DNA of 64,000 bases from positions 18,956 through 82,955 of the forward strand of contig JAEETO010000001.1 in NCBI GenBank assembly GCA_016290385.1, read 5' to 3'. Below, piece after piece: positions 23,668-32,667 of the stretch (its first letter is position 1; every line of letters begins with the position of its first letter). Below the pieces are notes generated by a model, which worked only from the letters and a program-made list of their open reading frames with translations, was not told the origin of the DNA and searched no databases. Position numbers and translations under genes: made by a program. The stretch comes from Bacteroidales bacterium (lineage in GTDB: Bacteria > Bacteroidota > Bacteroidia > Bacteroidales > UBA932).

Positions 23668-25661
23668 TCTTGTACCTCCAGGATTTTGGTGAGGGTCTCC
23701 CGTGCGCCGTCAGGATAGGTGATGGTAGCGGAGATCTTGTGGGCACCCGAGCGGGCGAAGGTATAGAATTCGTCGGCCAGGGGCTGGCTGTCGACGGACC
23801 AGCTGACAACAGCTTTCTCGTCGAGCAGGTTGAGCAGGAAAAGGCGGATCTGCTCTCCTTTGCGCCAGCTGCGGTCCATGGCGCCGATGAGCGGGTAGTC
23901 ACTCAAGCTGCTGAGTGCCTGAAATTCCAGATAATACACGCGGCCCACCACGTTCCAGCGACTGTAGTACAGCTCGCAGTAATAAGTCTCGCCCGGAAGC
24001 AGGTCGTCAAAGACATACTGCGTCTTGTTGCCGACCACCACGGTCTGGCTATTGATGCCGTTGACGGAGCCCCATCGCAGGTTCCACTGCCCGGAAGCGC
24101 TCTTGTCGCACTCCCAACTCAACACGGCGGAAGTCTGTCCCGGGATGATGGAATAACCGGTCAACACGGGAAGGTCCCAGCTCTCATCGTACACCACCTG
24201 GCAGCTGATGCCTTCGGAAGTGCGGATGATATCGGTCAGGCCCAGCCCCACCCCCTTTCCGCTCCAGGCACGCAGAGGGAACAAATAGGATGAGTGAATG
24301 GTGCGTACGTTTTTCTTGCCGGGATAAAAGGCATCTTCCACGCTGGCGGCCTCCAACCCCGTTGAGGAGACAAAACTGGCACAGGGATGTGCGGCACAGC
24401 CGTTGACAGCGTTGGTCGTCCAGCGCATCCGGGCCGTCATCGAACCCGCCGCATTGTTGCTTTTGTCGATGTGATAGACCACCAGGCCCGTCCCGCCGAT
24501 GGCGGCATCCCACTTCGCGCCGTCCCGGTATTCCAGCCAGAAATCCTCTCCCCCATTGCCGGTCGGCAGCAGATACGCTGTCGTCGCGAGCTGTACGGGC
24601 TGTACGGTCAGTTCCTGCTCCGTGCGGATGGTCGCAGTCCGCGCCAGACCGATGAGCTGGCGTTCAAAGATGGTCAGATAAGGCGGCGTGCGGCCTTCGT
24701 TGTTGTAGTTGCCGCGGTCCATGATCGAAAGACTGCCCTGCAAGCCAGGGCAGGAGCCCTCCTCGTCGTCGTTGACATCGTAGAGGTCGGGCAGGCCGAG
24801 GAAATGGCAATACTCGTGGCAGATGGTGCCGATGCCGGCGAACCGGTAACCCGAGGGACCCGTGTATTCGGAATAAAGCGAGAAATTCGAGATCTTCATG
24901 CCGTCAAGAGACAAGCCCAGGTCGGAGATGTTCCAGGACTGGGGCCATAGGGTATTGTCGCCGCCGCCTTCCGCCTCATTGTGGCCGGCAAAGAAGAGAA
25001 AGACATTGTCCACCACCCCGTCGCCGTCGAAATCGTACCGCGTGAAATCCACGCCGGCCGCGTCGGCAGCCACACAGGCATGCGCCACCAGTTGCTTGAT
25101 GTTCTTGTCAGTGACACCGTCGGCGTTGGCGCCATACCAGGCCTGGCTGTTGGGCAAGGTCACCACGTCGCAGACATCAAAACTGAAACTGCTGCTGCTT
25201 CCGAGGTTGTCGCGGAACCAGTCGAGCACACTGCCCGTGGCCCCGTTGTCGGAATAGTACTGCTGGTTGAAAAGATTGTAGATGGTGCTGCGCGGAGAAG
25301 GAATGGTGAATTTCCGGTCCTGGAACTGCACCGGGATGACAATCGTCCGTACGTTGACGCTGGCCTTGGTGGACAGGAAAAGGGCCAGTGCGCCCCCTTC
25401 CGGGTTGAGCTGTTTCTTGAGCAGGGGCGTTGCGGGCGGAAGGGAATCGGTCTCGTGCCACCAGCCCTGTGCATCCTGATAAACGGGACGGCCGGCCAGC
25501 GTGGTCTTCCACGAGCGGTTCTCGTCGCCATGGATCAGGATGGTCAGTTCACGGCCGTCGGGCTGGGTGACCTTCACGGGATAGGGCCAGGCTTTCACTG
25601 CATGCAGCTGCAGTGAAAAAGCCAGCAAGGCGATCAGCACGATGAAGATTTTCCGGCCCAT
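23664..25661 (-). CDS. M6-family (immune inhibitor A-like) metalloprotease domain protein
   Basis: HEYCHFLGLPDLYD zinc motif, signal peptide MGRKIFIVLIALLAFSLQLHA, beta-rich C-terminal domains. ATG 25661 preferred over TTG 25697. Confidence 0.7.
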   Translation of the reverse strand: MGRKIFIVLIALLAFSLQLHAVKAWPYPVKVTQPDGRELTILIHGDENRSWKTTLAGRPVYQDAQGWWHETDSLPPATPLLKKQLNPEGGALALFLSTKASVNVRTIVIPVQFQDRKFTIPSPRSTIYNLFNQQYYSDNGATGSVLDWFRDNLGSSSSFSFDVCDVVTLPNSQAWYGANADGVTDKNIKQLVAHACVAADAAGVDFTRYDFDGDGVVDNVFLFFAGHNEAEGGGDNTLWPQSWNISDLGLSLDGMKISNFSLYSEYTGPSGYRFAGIGTICHEYCHFLGLPDLYDVNDDEEGSCPGLQGSLSIMDRGNYNNEGRTPPYLTIFERQLIGLARTATIRTEQELTVQPVQLATTAYLLPTGNGGEDFWLEYRDGAKWDAAIGGTGLVVYHIDKSNNAAGSMTARMRWTTNAVNGCAAHPCASFVSSTGLEAASVEDAFYPGKKNVRTIHSSYLFPLRAWSGKGVGLGLTDIIRTSEGISCQVVYDESWDLPVLTGYSIIPGQTSAVLSWECDKSASGQWNLRWGSVNGINSQTVVVGNKTQYVFDDLLPGETYYCELYYSRWNVVGRVYYLEFQALSSLSDYPLIGAMDRSWRKGEQIRLFLLNLLDEKAVVSWSVDSQPLADEFYTFARSGAHKISATITYPDGARETLTKILEVQE

Positions 25662-25752
25662 GCGGTATCTGTCTGTATCCGTTTTTAAACTTTTCAAACT
25701 ACATAATTACAAAAATATCTCCATTTAACCAAATTTCATTCCGTAAGTTTCC

Positions 25753-25760
25753 TATCTTTG
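25753..25760 (+). promoter_or_regulatory. -7 promoter box (TATCTTTG) for the GT2 gene
   Basis: 6 nt upstream of ATG 25767. It overlaps the TTG at 25758 used by the ORF track. Confidence 0.5.
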
Positions 25761-25766
25761 CAAACA

Positions 25767-26501
25767 ATGAATGCGACCGCTGCCTACCGATTCACCATCA
25801 TCGTGCCCGTTTTCAACGAGCGCGACAACCTGCCGGAGCTCGAAAAGCGCCTGGCTGCCTATCTGGAAAAAGCGGTCGTGCAGCCTGCCTGCGTCCTCTT
25901 CGTAGACGACGGCTCGACCGACGGCGGCAGCCGGCTGCTGGAAGAGATCTGCCGGCGGAACAAAGCATTCTATTTCCTGCGATTCGCCGCCAACCGCGGC
26001 CTGAGCGCCGCCCTCAAAGCCGGTTTCGACCACTGTGAATCGCCGCTGGCGGGCTATATCGACGCTGACCTGCAGACTGACCCGGAAGACTTCGACCTGC
26101 TGCTCCCCCACGCAGGAGAACATGCCATGGTCATGGGCATCCGCACCCACCGCAAGGATGGCTTCGGCAAACGCCTCATCTCGATCCTGGCCAACAGTTC
26201 CCGTCGCCGCATCGTCCACGACACAGCCCGGGATACGGGTTGCCCGCTGAAGGTCCTGCAGACATCATACGCCCGTCAACTGCCTTGCCTGGACGGCATG
26301 CACCGTTTCCTGCCGTCGCTGATCAGCAACCTGGGCGGCGACTACCTGCAAGTCCCCGTCCATCATCATCCGCGGACGGCCGGACAGAGCAAGTTCCACC
26401 TGAAGAACCGCTTCTGGGGCCCGATCCGCGATGCTTTCGGCTATCGCTGGTACCAGCAGCGCCGCCTCGAATACACCATTGACGCCAGCAAACTCGACTG
26501 A
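25767..26501 (+). CDS. Polyprenol-phosphate glycosyltransferase (GT2, ArnC/DPM1-like)
   Basis: FTIIVPVFNERDNL...VDDGSTDG...DADLQTDPED motifs. Confidence 0.75.
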   Translation: MNATAAYRFTIIVPVFNERDNLPELEKRLAAYLEKAVVQPACVLFVDDGSTDGGSRLLEEICRRNKAFYFLRFAANRGLSAALKAGFDHCESPLAGYIDADLQTDPEDFDLLLPHAGEHAMVMGIRTHRKDGFGKRLISILANSSRRRIVHDTARDTGCPLKVLQTSYARQLPCLDGMHRFLPSLISNLGGDYLQVPVHHHPRTAGQSKFHLKNRFWGPIRDAFGYRWYQQRRLEYTIDASKLD

Positions 26502-27136
26502 TGGACAATTTCTGGATCTTCGCCCTCGGTTTCCTGGCGCAGCTGCTCTTCGCATCGCGCATGCTGATCCAGTGGCTCCGGTCGGAAAAGGCCCGCAAGG
26601 TGGAGAATCCCACGATCTTCTGGATACTCAGCCTGTGCGGTTCGCTGCTCTTCCTGCTGTACGGCTGGCTGCGCAATGATTTCGCCCTGATACTGGGCCA
26701 ACTGATCGGCTATTATGTCTATATCTGGAACCTGGAAGCCAAAGGCATCTGGTTGAAAATGGGGGCCTGGCGGCCCTGGATCGTCGGCCTGCTGCTGCTC
26801 ATCCCCGTAGCAGCTGCGGTCCGCATGGCTTTCCACTGGCCCGAGGTGGCTGACGCGCTTTTCCACAATGAAGACATCCCGCGGAACCTGCTGCTCTTCG
26901 GCACCGCGGGACAGATCGTCTTCTCCACACGCTTCCTTTACCAGTTCTTCGATTCCGTCCGGCGGAAAGTTTCGCTGCTGCCGGCCGGATTCTGGATCAT
27001 CAGTACCGTCGGCGCAACGATAATCCTGATTTACGGAATACTCCGGCACGATCCCGTCGTGGTCGTGTCCGAAATATTCGGCCTGATCACCTACATCCGA
27101 AACCTGATGCTATGGAACCGGGAACGAAAAGCCTGA
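26501..27136 (+). CDS. Lipid-A-disaccharide synthase N-terminal (LAB_N) repeat membrane protein
   Basis: Two copies of the LAB_N-type helix pair (FLAQLLFASRMLIQWLRSEKARK; GQIVFSTRFLYQFFDSVRRK). 1-nt overlap with the GT2 stop. Confidence 0.65.
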   Translation: MDNFWIFALGFLAQLLFASRMLIQWLRSEKARKVENPTIFWILSLCGSLLFLLYGWLRNDFALILGQLIGYYVYIWNLEAKGIWLKMGAWRPWIVGLLLLIPVAAAVRMAFHWPEVADALFHNEDIPRNLLLFGTAGQIVFSTRFLYQFFDSVRRKVSLLPAGFWIISTVGATIILIYGILRHDPVVVVSEIFGLITYIRNLMLWNRERKA

Positions 27137-28251
27137 CGGACAAGCTGCTGGATTCGCAGTGGGTGCGGCTGGGGTTCTACCTGCTGCTCTTCCTCCCGTT
27201 GCTCCTGCGCCGGGAACCCACCCCGACCAACGAGCTGAAATACCTGCAGATTGCCGACGAGGCGCTGCGGGACGGGCATTTCTGGTGCCTGTATCTGGAC
27301 GGGGCGCCCTATGCCGACAAGCCACCGCTCTATCTGTGGATCGTCATGTGTTTCAAGCGTTTGCTAGGCTTTCACTGTATCCCGCTGCTGGAGCTGTTCT
27401 CCCTGCTGCCGGCCTTCGGCATCCTGGTAATCTTCAACCGCTGGTGCGGTGGAAGGCTTCCCCGGCGCTGGCTGCTGGCGGCAGAATCTGCCCTGCTTAC
27501 CACGGCGTATTTCCTGGGCGCCGCCGTCGTGCTCCGCATGGACATGCTGATGTGCTTATTCATCACGCTGGCCATGTGGCTGTTCTGGCGCATGGACCAA
27601 GGGGAACAGAAACCCTCCCTGCCCTGGTGCTTTGCCCTGGCGGTGTTTGGCGCCATCTTCAGCAAAGGCCCCGTGGGCTTTCTCTTCCCCCTGCTGGGCT
27701 GTCTCGTCTGGCTGCTGGCGGAACGCCGGCCGCGCGATTTCGGGCGGGCATGGGGCTGGCGGACCTGGCTGGTGCTCGTGGTCCTGTGCGGCATCTGGTG
27801 GGTCTCCGTGTATCTGGAGGGTGGACGCGACTATATCCACAACCTGCTGGTCCACCAGACGGTCGGCCGGGCCGTCGACGCCTTCCACCACAAACGTCCG
27901 GTATACTGGTATCTGTATGTCATCTGGTATGCCATGGGGCCCTGGTCGCTGCTGACCATCCCCGTCGGCATCCGGGACGCCATCCGGCATAGACTGCGGG
28001 GGCTTTCCCGTTTCTTCCTGCTGGTCTCCGCCACGTTCTTCGTACTCATGTCGCTGTTCAGCAGCAAACTGCAGATTTACTTGCTGCCCCTGTTCGGCTT
28101 CGTCAATTATGCCTGCTTCATGATTCTTGCGGATCGCGAAAAAGAAATGCCGGGAGACGGGCGGAACCTCCGTCGGATCTGCTATATCGTTGCTGGCGTA
28201 ATGCTGGCGGGGGTTCTCGTCGCCGGACTCTTCTTTCCGGACATTTTTTAG
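27112..28251 (+). CDS. ArnT/PMT-like (GT39/GT83-type) membrane glycosyltransferase
   Basis: Polytopic protein with the YADKPPLYLWI motif in the first extracytoplasmic loop. Overlaps the previous gene by 25 nt. Confidence 0.65.
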   Translation: MEPGTKSLTDKLLDSQWVRLGFYLLLFLPLLLRREPTPTNELKYLQIADEALRDGHFWCLYLDGAPYADKPPLYLWIVMCFKRLLGFHCIPLLELFSLLPAFGILVIFNRWCGGRLPRRWLLAAESALLTTAYFLGAAVVLRMDMLMCLFITLAMWLFWRMDQGEQKPSLPWCFALAVFGAIFSKGPVGFLFPLLGCLVWLLAERRPRDFGRAWGWRTWLVLVVLCGIWWVSVYLEGGRDYIHNLLVHQTVGRAVDAFHHKRPVYWYLYVIWYAMGPWSLLTIPVGIRDAIRHRLRGLSRFFLLVSATFFVLMSLFSSKLQIYLLPLFGFVNYACFMILADREKEMPGDGRNLRRICYIVAGVMLAGVLVAGLFFPDIF

Positions 28252-28283
28252 CCGAAGGGAGTATAACTTTGCCATCATTTCGC

Positions 28284-28291
28284 TACTTTTG
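28284..28291 (+). promoter_or_regulatory. -7 promoter box (TACTTTTG) for alr
   Basis: 19 nt upstream of ATG 28311. A second box, TAACTTTG, lies at 28264-28271. Confidence 0.4.
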
Positions 28292-28310
28292 TATGTTTAA
28301 TGTGAAGATA

Positions 28311-29420
28311 ATGGCACAGAATCCTCCTCTTGCGCGACTCGAATTGAGCCGCAGCGGCATACGGAACAATTACAACCATTTCCGCTCCCTTCTCAACCCT
28401 GCGACCAAAATCCTGATCCTGGTCAAGGCCAATGGTTACGGCCACGGCGCCGTGCCCTTTGCCAAGGAGATGGAGGAGGCGGGCGCCGCCTATCTGGGCG
28501 TGGCTCTTCCCGGTGAAGGCGTGGAACTGCGCAAGGCAGGCATCAACCTGCCCATCCTCGTGCTGACCACCGGCACCGACGACTATCCTGAGATTATCCG
28601 CTACGGGCTCGAGCCCGGCATCCCCGACCTGTATGCGCTTACGCGCCTGCGCGATGAACTGCGCTGCATCGGCCGCAAGGACTATCCCGTCCACATCAAC
28701 ATCGACACGGGCATGCACCGCCTGGGATTCATGGAAAAAGAGATTCCCGCCCTCATCGATTTCCTGGCCGAAAGCCCGGAAATCCACATCGAGGGACTCT
28801 ATACCCACCTGGCCGCTTCCGACGAAGTTCAGCACGATGCCTTCACGCTGGGCCAGATCGCCCTCTACGAGAAGCTCAGCACGCAGATCATGCAGCACCT
28901 GCCTTACAAGCCGCTCCGGCACGTGCTCAACTCGGCCGGCATCGAGCGTTTCACCCAGTACCAGTACGACATGGTGCGCCTGGGCATCGGCATCTACGGC
29001 ATCAGCGCCATCTCCGACCCCCGGCTGAAACCCGCCGCCTTCTATCGGTGCCCCATCCTGCAGATCAAGGACCTGCACCCCGAAGACGGCACCATCGGCT
29101 ACGGCCGCCACGGAATCCTCCACGACGACATCACCCGCTCCGCCACGCTCTGCGTAGGCTATGCCGACGGCATCAACCGGCATCTGGGCTGCGGACACGC
29201 CAGTTTCGAGGTAAACGGAAAGATGGCTCCCACCATCGGCAACATCTGCATGGACATGTGCATGATCGATGTCACCGGCATCGACTGCCAGGAAGGCGAC
29301 ATGGTGACCATCTTCGGCGACAGGCCCTCGGCTGGCGAACTGGCCAAGGTGCTCGATACCATTCCCTACGAAATCTTCACCTCCATCCCGCGGCGCGTGA
29401 ACCGCGTCATCGTGGACTGA
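28311..29420 (+). CDS. alr: Alanine racemase
   Basis: VKANGYGHG PLP-lysine motif and the C-terminal GNICMDMCMIDV block. ATG 28311 (MAQNPP...) preferred over 28269. Confidence 0.9.
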   Translation: MAQNPPLARLELSRSGIRNNYNHFRSLLNPATKILILVKANGYGHGAVPFAKEMEEAGAAYLGVALPGEGVELRKAGINLPILVLTTGTDDYPEIIRYGLEPGIPDLYALTRLRDELRCIGRKDYPVHINIDTGMHRLGFMEKEIPALIDFLAESPEIHIEGLYTHLAASDEVQHDAFTLGQIALYEKLSTQIMQHLPYKPLRHVLNSAGIERFTQYQYDMVRLGIGIYGISAISDPRLKPAAFYRCPILQIKDLHPEDGTIGYGRHGILHDDITRSATLCVGYADGINRHLGCGHASFEVNGKMAPTIGNICMDMCMIDVTGIDCQEGDMVTIFGDRPSAGELAKVLDTIPYEIFTSIPRRVNRVIVD

Positions 29421-29463
29421 CGACATTACAGAAAACTAAAACCAAATCAAAAGCAATACAACC

Positions 29464-30156
29464 ATGGCAACTGAGAAACTCGACATCATGCAGACCATCA
29501 AGGACGGCGTCCAATATGGCCTGAAGAACTTCTTTCCCCTCCTGCTGATGGTCATCCTCTACGTAGTGACTGTCTGGATCCCTTACCTCAACGTCGGCAC
29601 CACCATCGGCCTCTACAAGGCCATCATTCAGATCGGCCGCGGCGAAACCATCGATCCGACATCCATCTTCTCGGGCGAAAACTTCAAGAACCTCAGCGGT
29701 TTCTTCCTCCTGCTGGGACTGTTGTACATAGGCACCGTGGTAGCCACCATCTTCATGTTCATCCCGGGCATCGTGATGGGCGTCGCCTGGAGCTTCGCAG
29801 TCTACTTCTTCATTGACAAGAAAGTCTCCCCGCTCAAGTCGCTCCAGCTGAGCTATGACTCCACCTACGGCAACAAATGGCGCATCTTCTTCACCGAATT
29901 CCTTTGCGCCTTCCTGGTCGGCCTGGTTTGCGGCATCCTCGCTGCCATCCCGAAAGTCGGTCCCGTGCTGGCCGGCGTCGCCGTCATCCTCTGCTGCGCC
30001 ATCGTGGTAGCCGTCGAGGGCGTGATGTATGACTTCTTCTCCAAGAAGGCAAACGAAATCCTGAACAAGAAAAACGAAACGCCTGCCGGCCCGGCCGCAC
30101 CCGTGGTCGAGGCCGAGGTCGACGAAGTGGTCGACACCGTCCGAACCGAGGCGTAA
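29464..30156 (+). CDS. Hypothetical polytopic membrane protein
   Basis: About 5 hydrophobic helices and an acidic low-complexity C-terminal tail. No catalytic motif recognised. Confidence 0.5.
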   Translation: MATEKLDIMQTIKDGVQYGLKNFFPLLLMVILYVVTVWIPYLNVGTTIGLYKAIIQIGRGETIDPTSIFSGENFKNLSGFFLLLGLLYIGTVVATIFMFIPGIVMGVAWSFAVYFFIDKKVSPLKSLQLSYDSTYGNKWRIFFTEFLCAFLVGLVCGILAAIPKVGPVLAGVAVILCCAIVVAVEGVMYDFFSKKANEILNKKNETPAGPAAPVVEAEVDEVVDTVRTEA

Positions 30157-30167
30157 GCACCCCGTAG

Positions 30168-32666
30168 ATGCACAAGATTTTTCTGCCACTGTACCGCTAC
30201 TTCCGCGGTCACAGGGTCGTGATGTACACGCTGCTGATCGTCAGCACGCTGGTATTCCTGTTTTTCGGCCTGCAGCTCCGCTACGAAGAAGACGTGGCGA
30301 AGCTGCTGCCGCGTTCCAGCATTGACAGCGAGCTGGCTTTCAGTGACATCGAGCTCAAGGACAAGATCTTTATCCAGATCACATCTGCCGATCCTTCCCA
30401 GCCGCTCGACACCTGGACGATGAGCGACTACATCGACGAGTTCTGTGTCGGGCTCCTGCAGCGCGACACCGCCGGACGATACATCATCGGCATCCTCAGC
30501 TCCATCGACCCGGGCACGATGCTCGGGGCCATGGACTATGGCTTCGAGCATCTTCCCTCGCTCATCGACACGGCGTTCTATGCAGACTTCGAAGCGGCGA
30601 TGACTCCTGAAGCCATCGCGACGCAGATGGCCCGCAACCGCGAAATCATCGATGCCGACATGACCGGCCAGGCCACACAGATGGTCTGCACCGACCCGCT
30701 CGACCTGCGCAACATCTTCCTCTCGAAGATGTTCCCCGAAGGCCTGGGCGCCGGCACCGTGGGCGACTTCACCATGGAGAACGGGCACTTCTTCTGTCCC
30801 GACCGCACCGTGGCGCTGGCCTTTCTGTCGACGACCGTCGACCAGACCGACTCGGGCACAGGTACACGCTTCGCCCGCATCCTCAACAAGGAAGTAAAGA
30901 AATTCCAGGCCGCCCATCCCGATGCCCGCGTGCTGCTGCACGGCAATCCGCTCGGCGGCGTATCGAACGCCAGCACCATCAAGACCGACCTGGTCTGGAC
31001 CATCGGCCTCTCGCTGCTGATCATCCTGGTCATCCTGTTGCTCTGCTTCCACAGGTTCCGTTTCGTGATCCACATGCTGGCACCCGTGCTGTACGGCACC
31101 CTCTTCGCGCTGGCATGTGTCTATTGGATCAAGGGCATCATGTCGTTCATGGCCCTGGGCATCGGCGCCATCATCCTGGGTGTCGCGCTGAGTTACTGTC
31201 TTCATGTGCTGATCCACTACTACTTCGTGGAAGACGTGGAGCGGATGCTCCGGGAAGAATCCACCCCCGTGGTACTGGGCTGCCTGACGACCATCGGCGC
31301 CTTCCTGGGCCTGTTGTTCACGGAAAGTGAACTGCTGCGCGACTTCGGCCTCTTCGCCACTTTCGCGCTGCTGGGCAACACCATCTACGCGCTGGTCTTC
31401 CTGCCGCAATTCCTGAAGAAAGAGGACGTCTGCTACAAGAAAGACAAGGGCTTCAAGGCCGTCGACCGCTTCAACAACCTGCCTTGGGACCGCAATCCAT
31501 GGATCCTGGGGGCGATGACCGTCCTGCTGGTGCTGGGCATCGTGATGAGCCCCCGCGTGAAATTCGACACCGACCTGCGCAACCTCAACTACGTGAACGA
31601 GCCGCTCGCCGAGAGCATGGATCTCTACAGCGAGAAGAACGAGAACGGCAGCATGACACTGTACTATGCCGCCTATGGCGAGACGCTGGACGAGGCGCTG
31701 GAATGCAACAAGCCGCTGCGCAACCGGCTCGACTCCCTCGAAAAGGCCGGGCAGCTGACCCGCTACTCTTCGCTCGTTCCCCTGCTCTTCCAGACGCAGC
31801 GCGACCAGGAAGACCGGATCGCGGCCTGGAAGGCCTTCTGGACACCGGAGCGGATTGACCACACCCAACGCGACGTTGCCGCTGCCGCCCGGAAGCAGCA
31901 GCTGGACCCCGGCATCTTTATCCCTTTCTTCGCACTGCTGGAAAGCGATTACGAACCGGCATCACTTTTTGAAGCCGGGGTGATTCCGCACGAGATGATG
32001 TCGAACTTCGTCGAACACCAGGCCAGCGGACGCTGGATGGTCTTCTCGACTGCAGCCTTCGACCCGGACGACAAGGACAAGATTACCGATGCGCTGGTAG
32101 ACGGGCCACAGACTGTTGTACTGGAGCCGTTCTATTATTGCCAGGACATGGTGAAGATCGTCCACGACGATTTCCAGATAACGCTCCTGATCTCTTCGAT
32201 CTTCGTGCTGCTGGTGCTGCTGGTGGCCTTCCGGAACATCTGGATCGCCCTCGTGGCCTTCTTCCCGATGTTCCTCTCGTGGTATGCCCTGCAGGGCTTC
32301 ATGGCGCTGCTCGGCCTCGAATTCAACCTGATCAACATCGTCATCGCGACCTTTGTCTTCGGCATCGGCGTGGACTACAGTATCTTCGTGATGGAGGGCC
32401 TGCTGCAGGAAGCGCGCACAGGCTCGAAAGAACGGCTGGCATACCACAAGGTGGCCATCTTCTTCTCGGCCGTGGTGCTGATCATCGTCATCGGATCGCT
32501 GGTATTCGCCCGCCATCCGGCCATCCAGTCGACGGGCGTGATCACGCTCATCGGCATGATCTTCACCATCCTGATGACTTATTCCCTGGAACCGTTCGTC
32601 TTCCGCTGGCTGATGCGCTTCCCTTATTTCCGGAAGCAGTTCCAGAAAGAAAACAAAGCTGCCTGA
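30168..32666 (+). CDS. MMPL/RND-superfamily putative lipid exporter
   Basis: 832 aa with two 5-6-helix bundles, each preceded by a large soluble loop (RND/MMPL topology). Confidence 0.7.
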   Translation: MHKIFLPLYRYFRGHRVVMYTLLIVSTLVFLFFGLQLRYEEDVAKLLPRSSIDSELAFSDIELKDKIFIQITSADPSQPLDTWTMSDYIDEFCVGLLQRDTAGRYIIGILSSIDPGTMLGAMDYGFEHLPSLIDTAFYADFEAAMTPEAIATQMARNREIIDADMTGQATQMVCTDPLDLRNIFLSKMFPEGLGAGTVGDFTMENGHFFCPDRTVALAFLSTTVDQTDSGTGTRFARILNKEVKKFQAAHPDARVLLHGNPLGGVSNASTIKTDLVWTIGLSLLIILVILLLCFHRFRFVIHMLAPVLYGTLFALACVYWIKGIMSFMALGIGAIILGVALSYCLHVLIHYYFVEDVERMLREESTPVVLGCLTTIGAFLGLLFTESELLRDFGLFATFALLGNTIYALVFLPQFLKKEDVCYKKDKGFKAVDRFNNLPWDRNPWILGAMTVLLVLGIVMSPRVKFDTDLRNLNYVNEPLAESMDLYSEKNENGSMTLYYAAYGETLDEALECNKPLRNRLDSLEKAGQLTRYSSLVPLLFQTQRDQEDRIAAWKAFWTPERIDHTQRDVAAAARKQQLDPGIFIPFFALLESDYEPASLFEAGVIPHEMMSNFVEHQASGRWMVFSTAAFDPDDKDKITDALVDGPQTVVLEPFYYCQDMVKIVHDDFQITLLISSIFVLLVLLVAFRNIWIALVAFFPMFLSWYALQGFMALLGLEFNLINIVIATFVFGIGVDYSIFVMEGLLQEARTGSKERLAYHKVAIFFSAVVLIIVIGSLVFARHPAIQSTGVITLIGMIFTILMTYSLEPFVFRWLMRFPYFRKQFQKENKAA

Positions 32667-32667
32667 C

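Noticed and set aside
29865-31868. 667-aa minus-strand ORF, and similar long antisense ORFs at 28275..29426, 15047..16417, 11753..13186, 9918..10826, 32563..34011, 55308..57053 and 59372..60772
   Set aside because: Each lies opposite a gene with unambiguous family motifs (MMPL, alr, sialidase, S41 peptidase, rplY/pth, DAK2, trkA/aspA, leuS). They are the long stop-free reverse frames typical of high-GC genomes.
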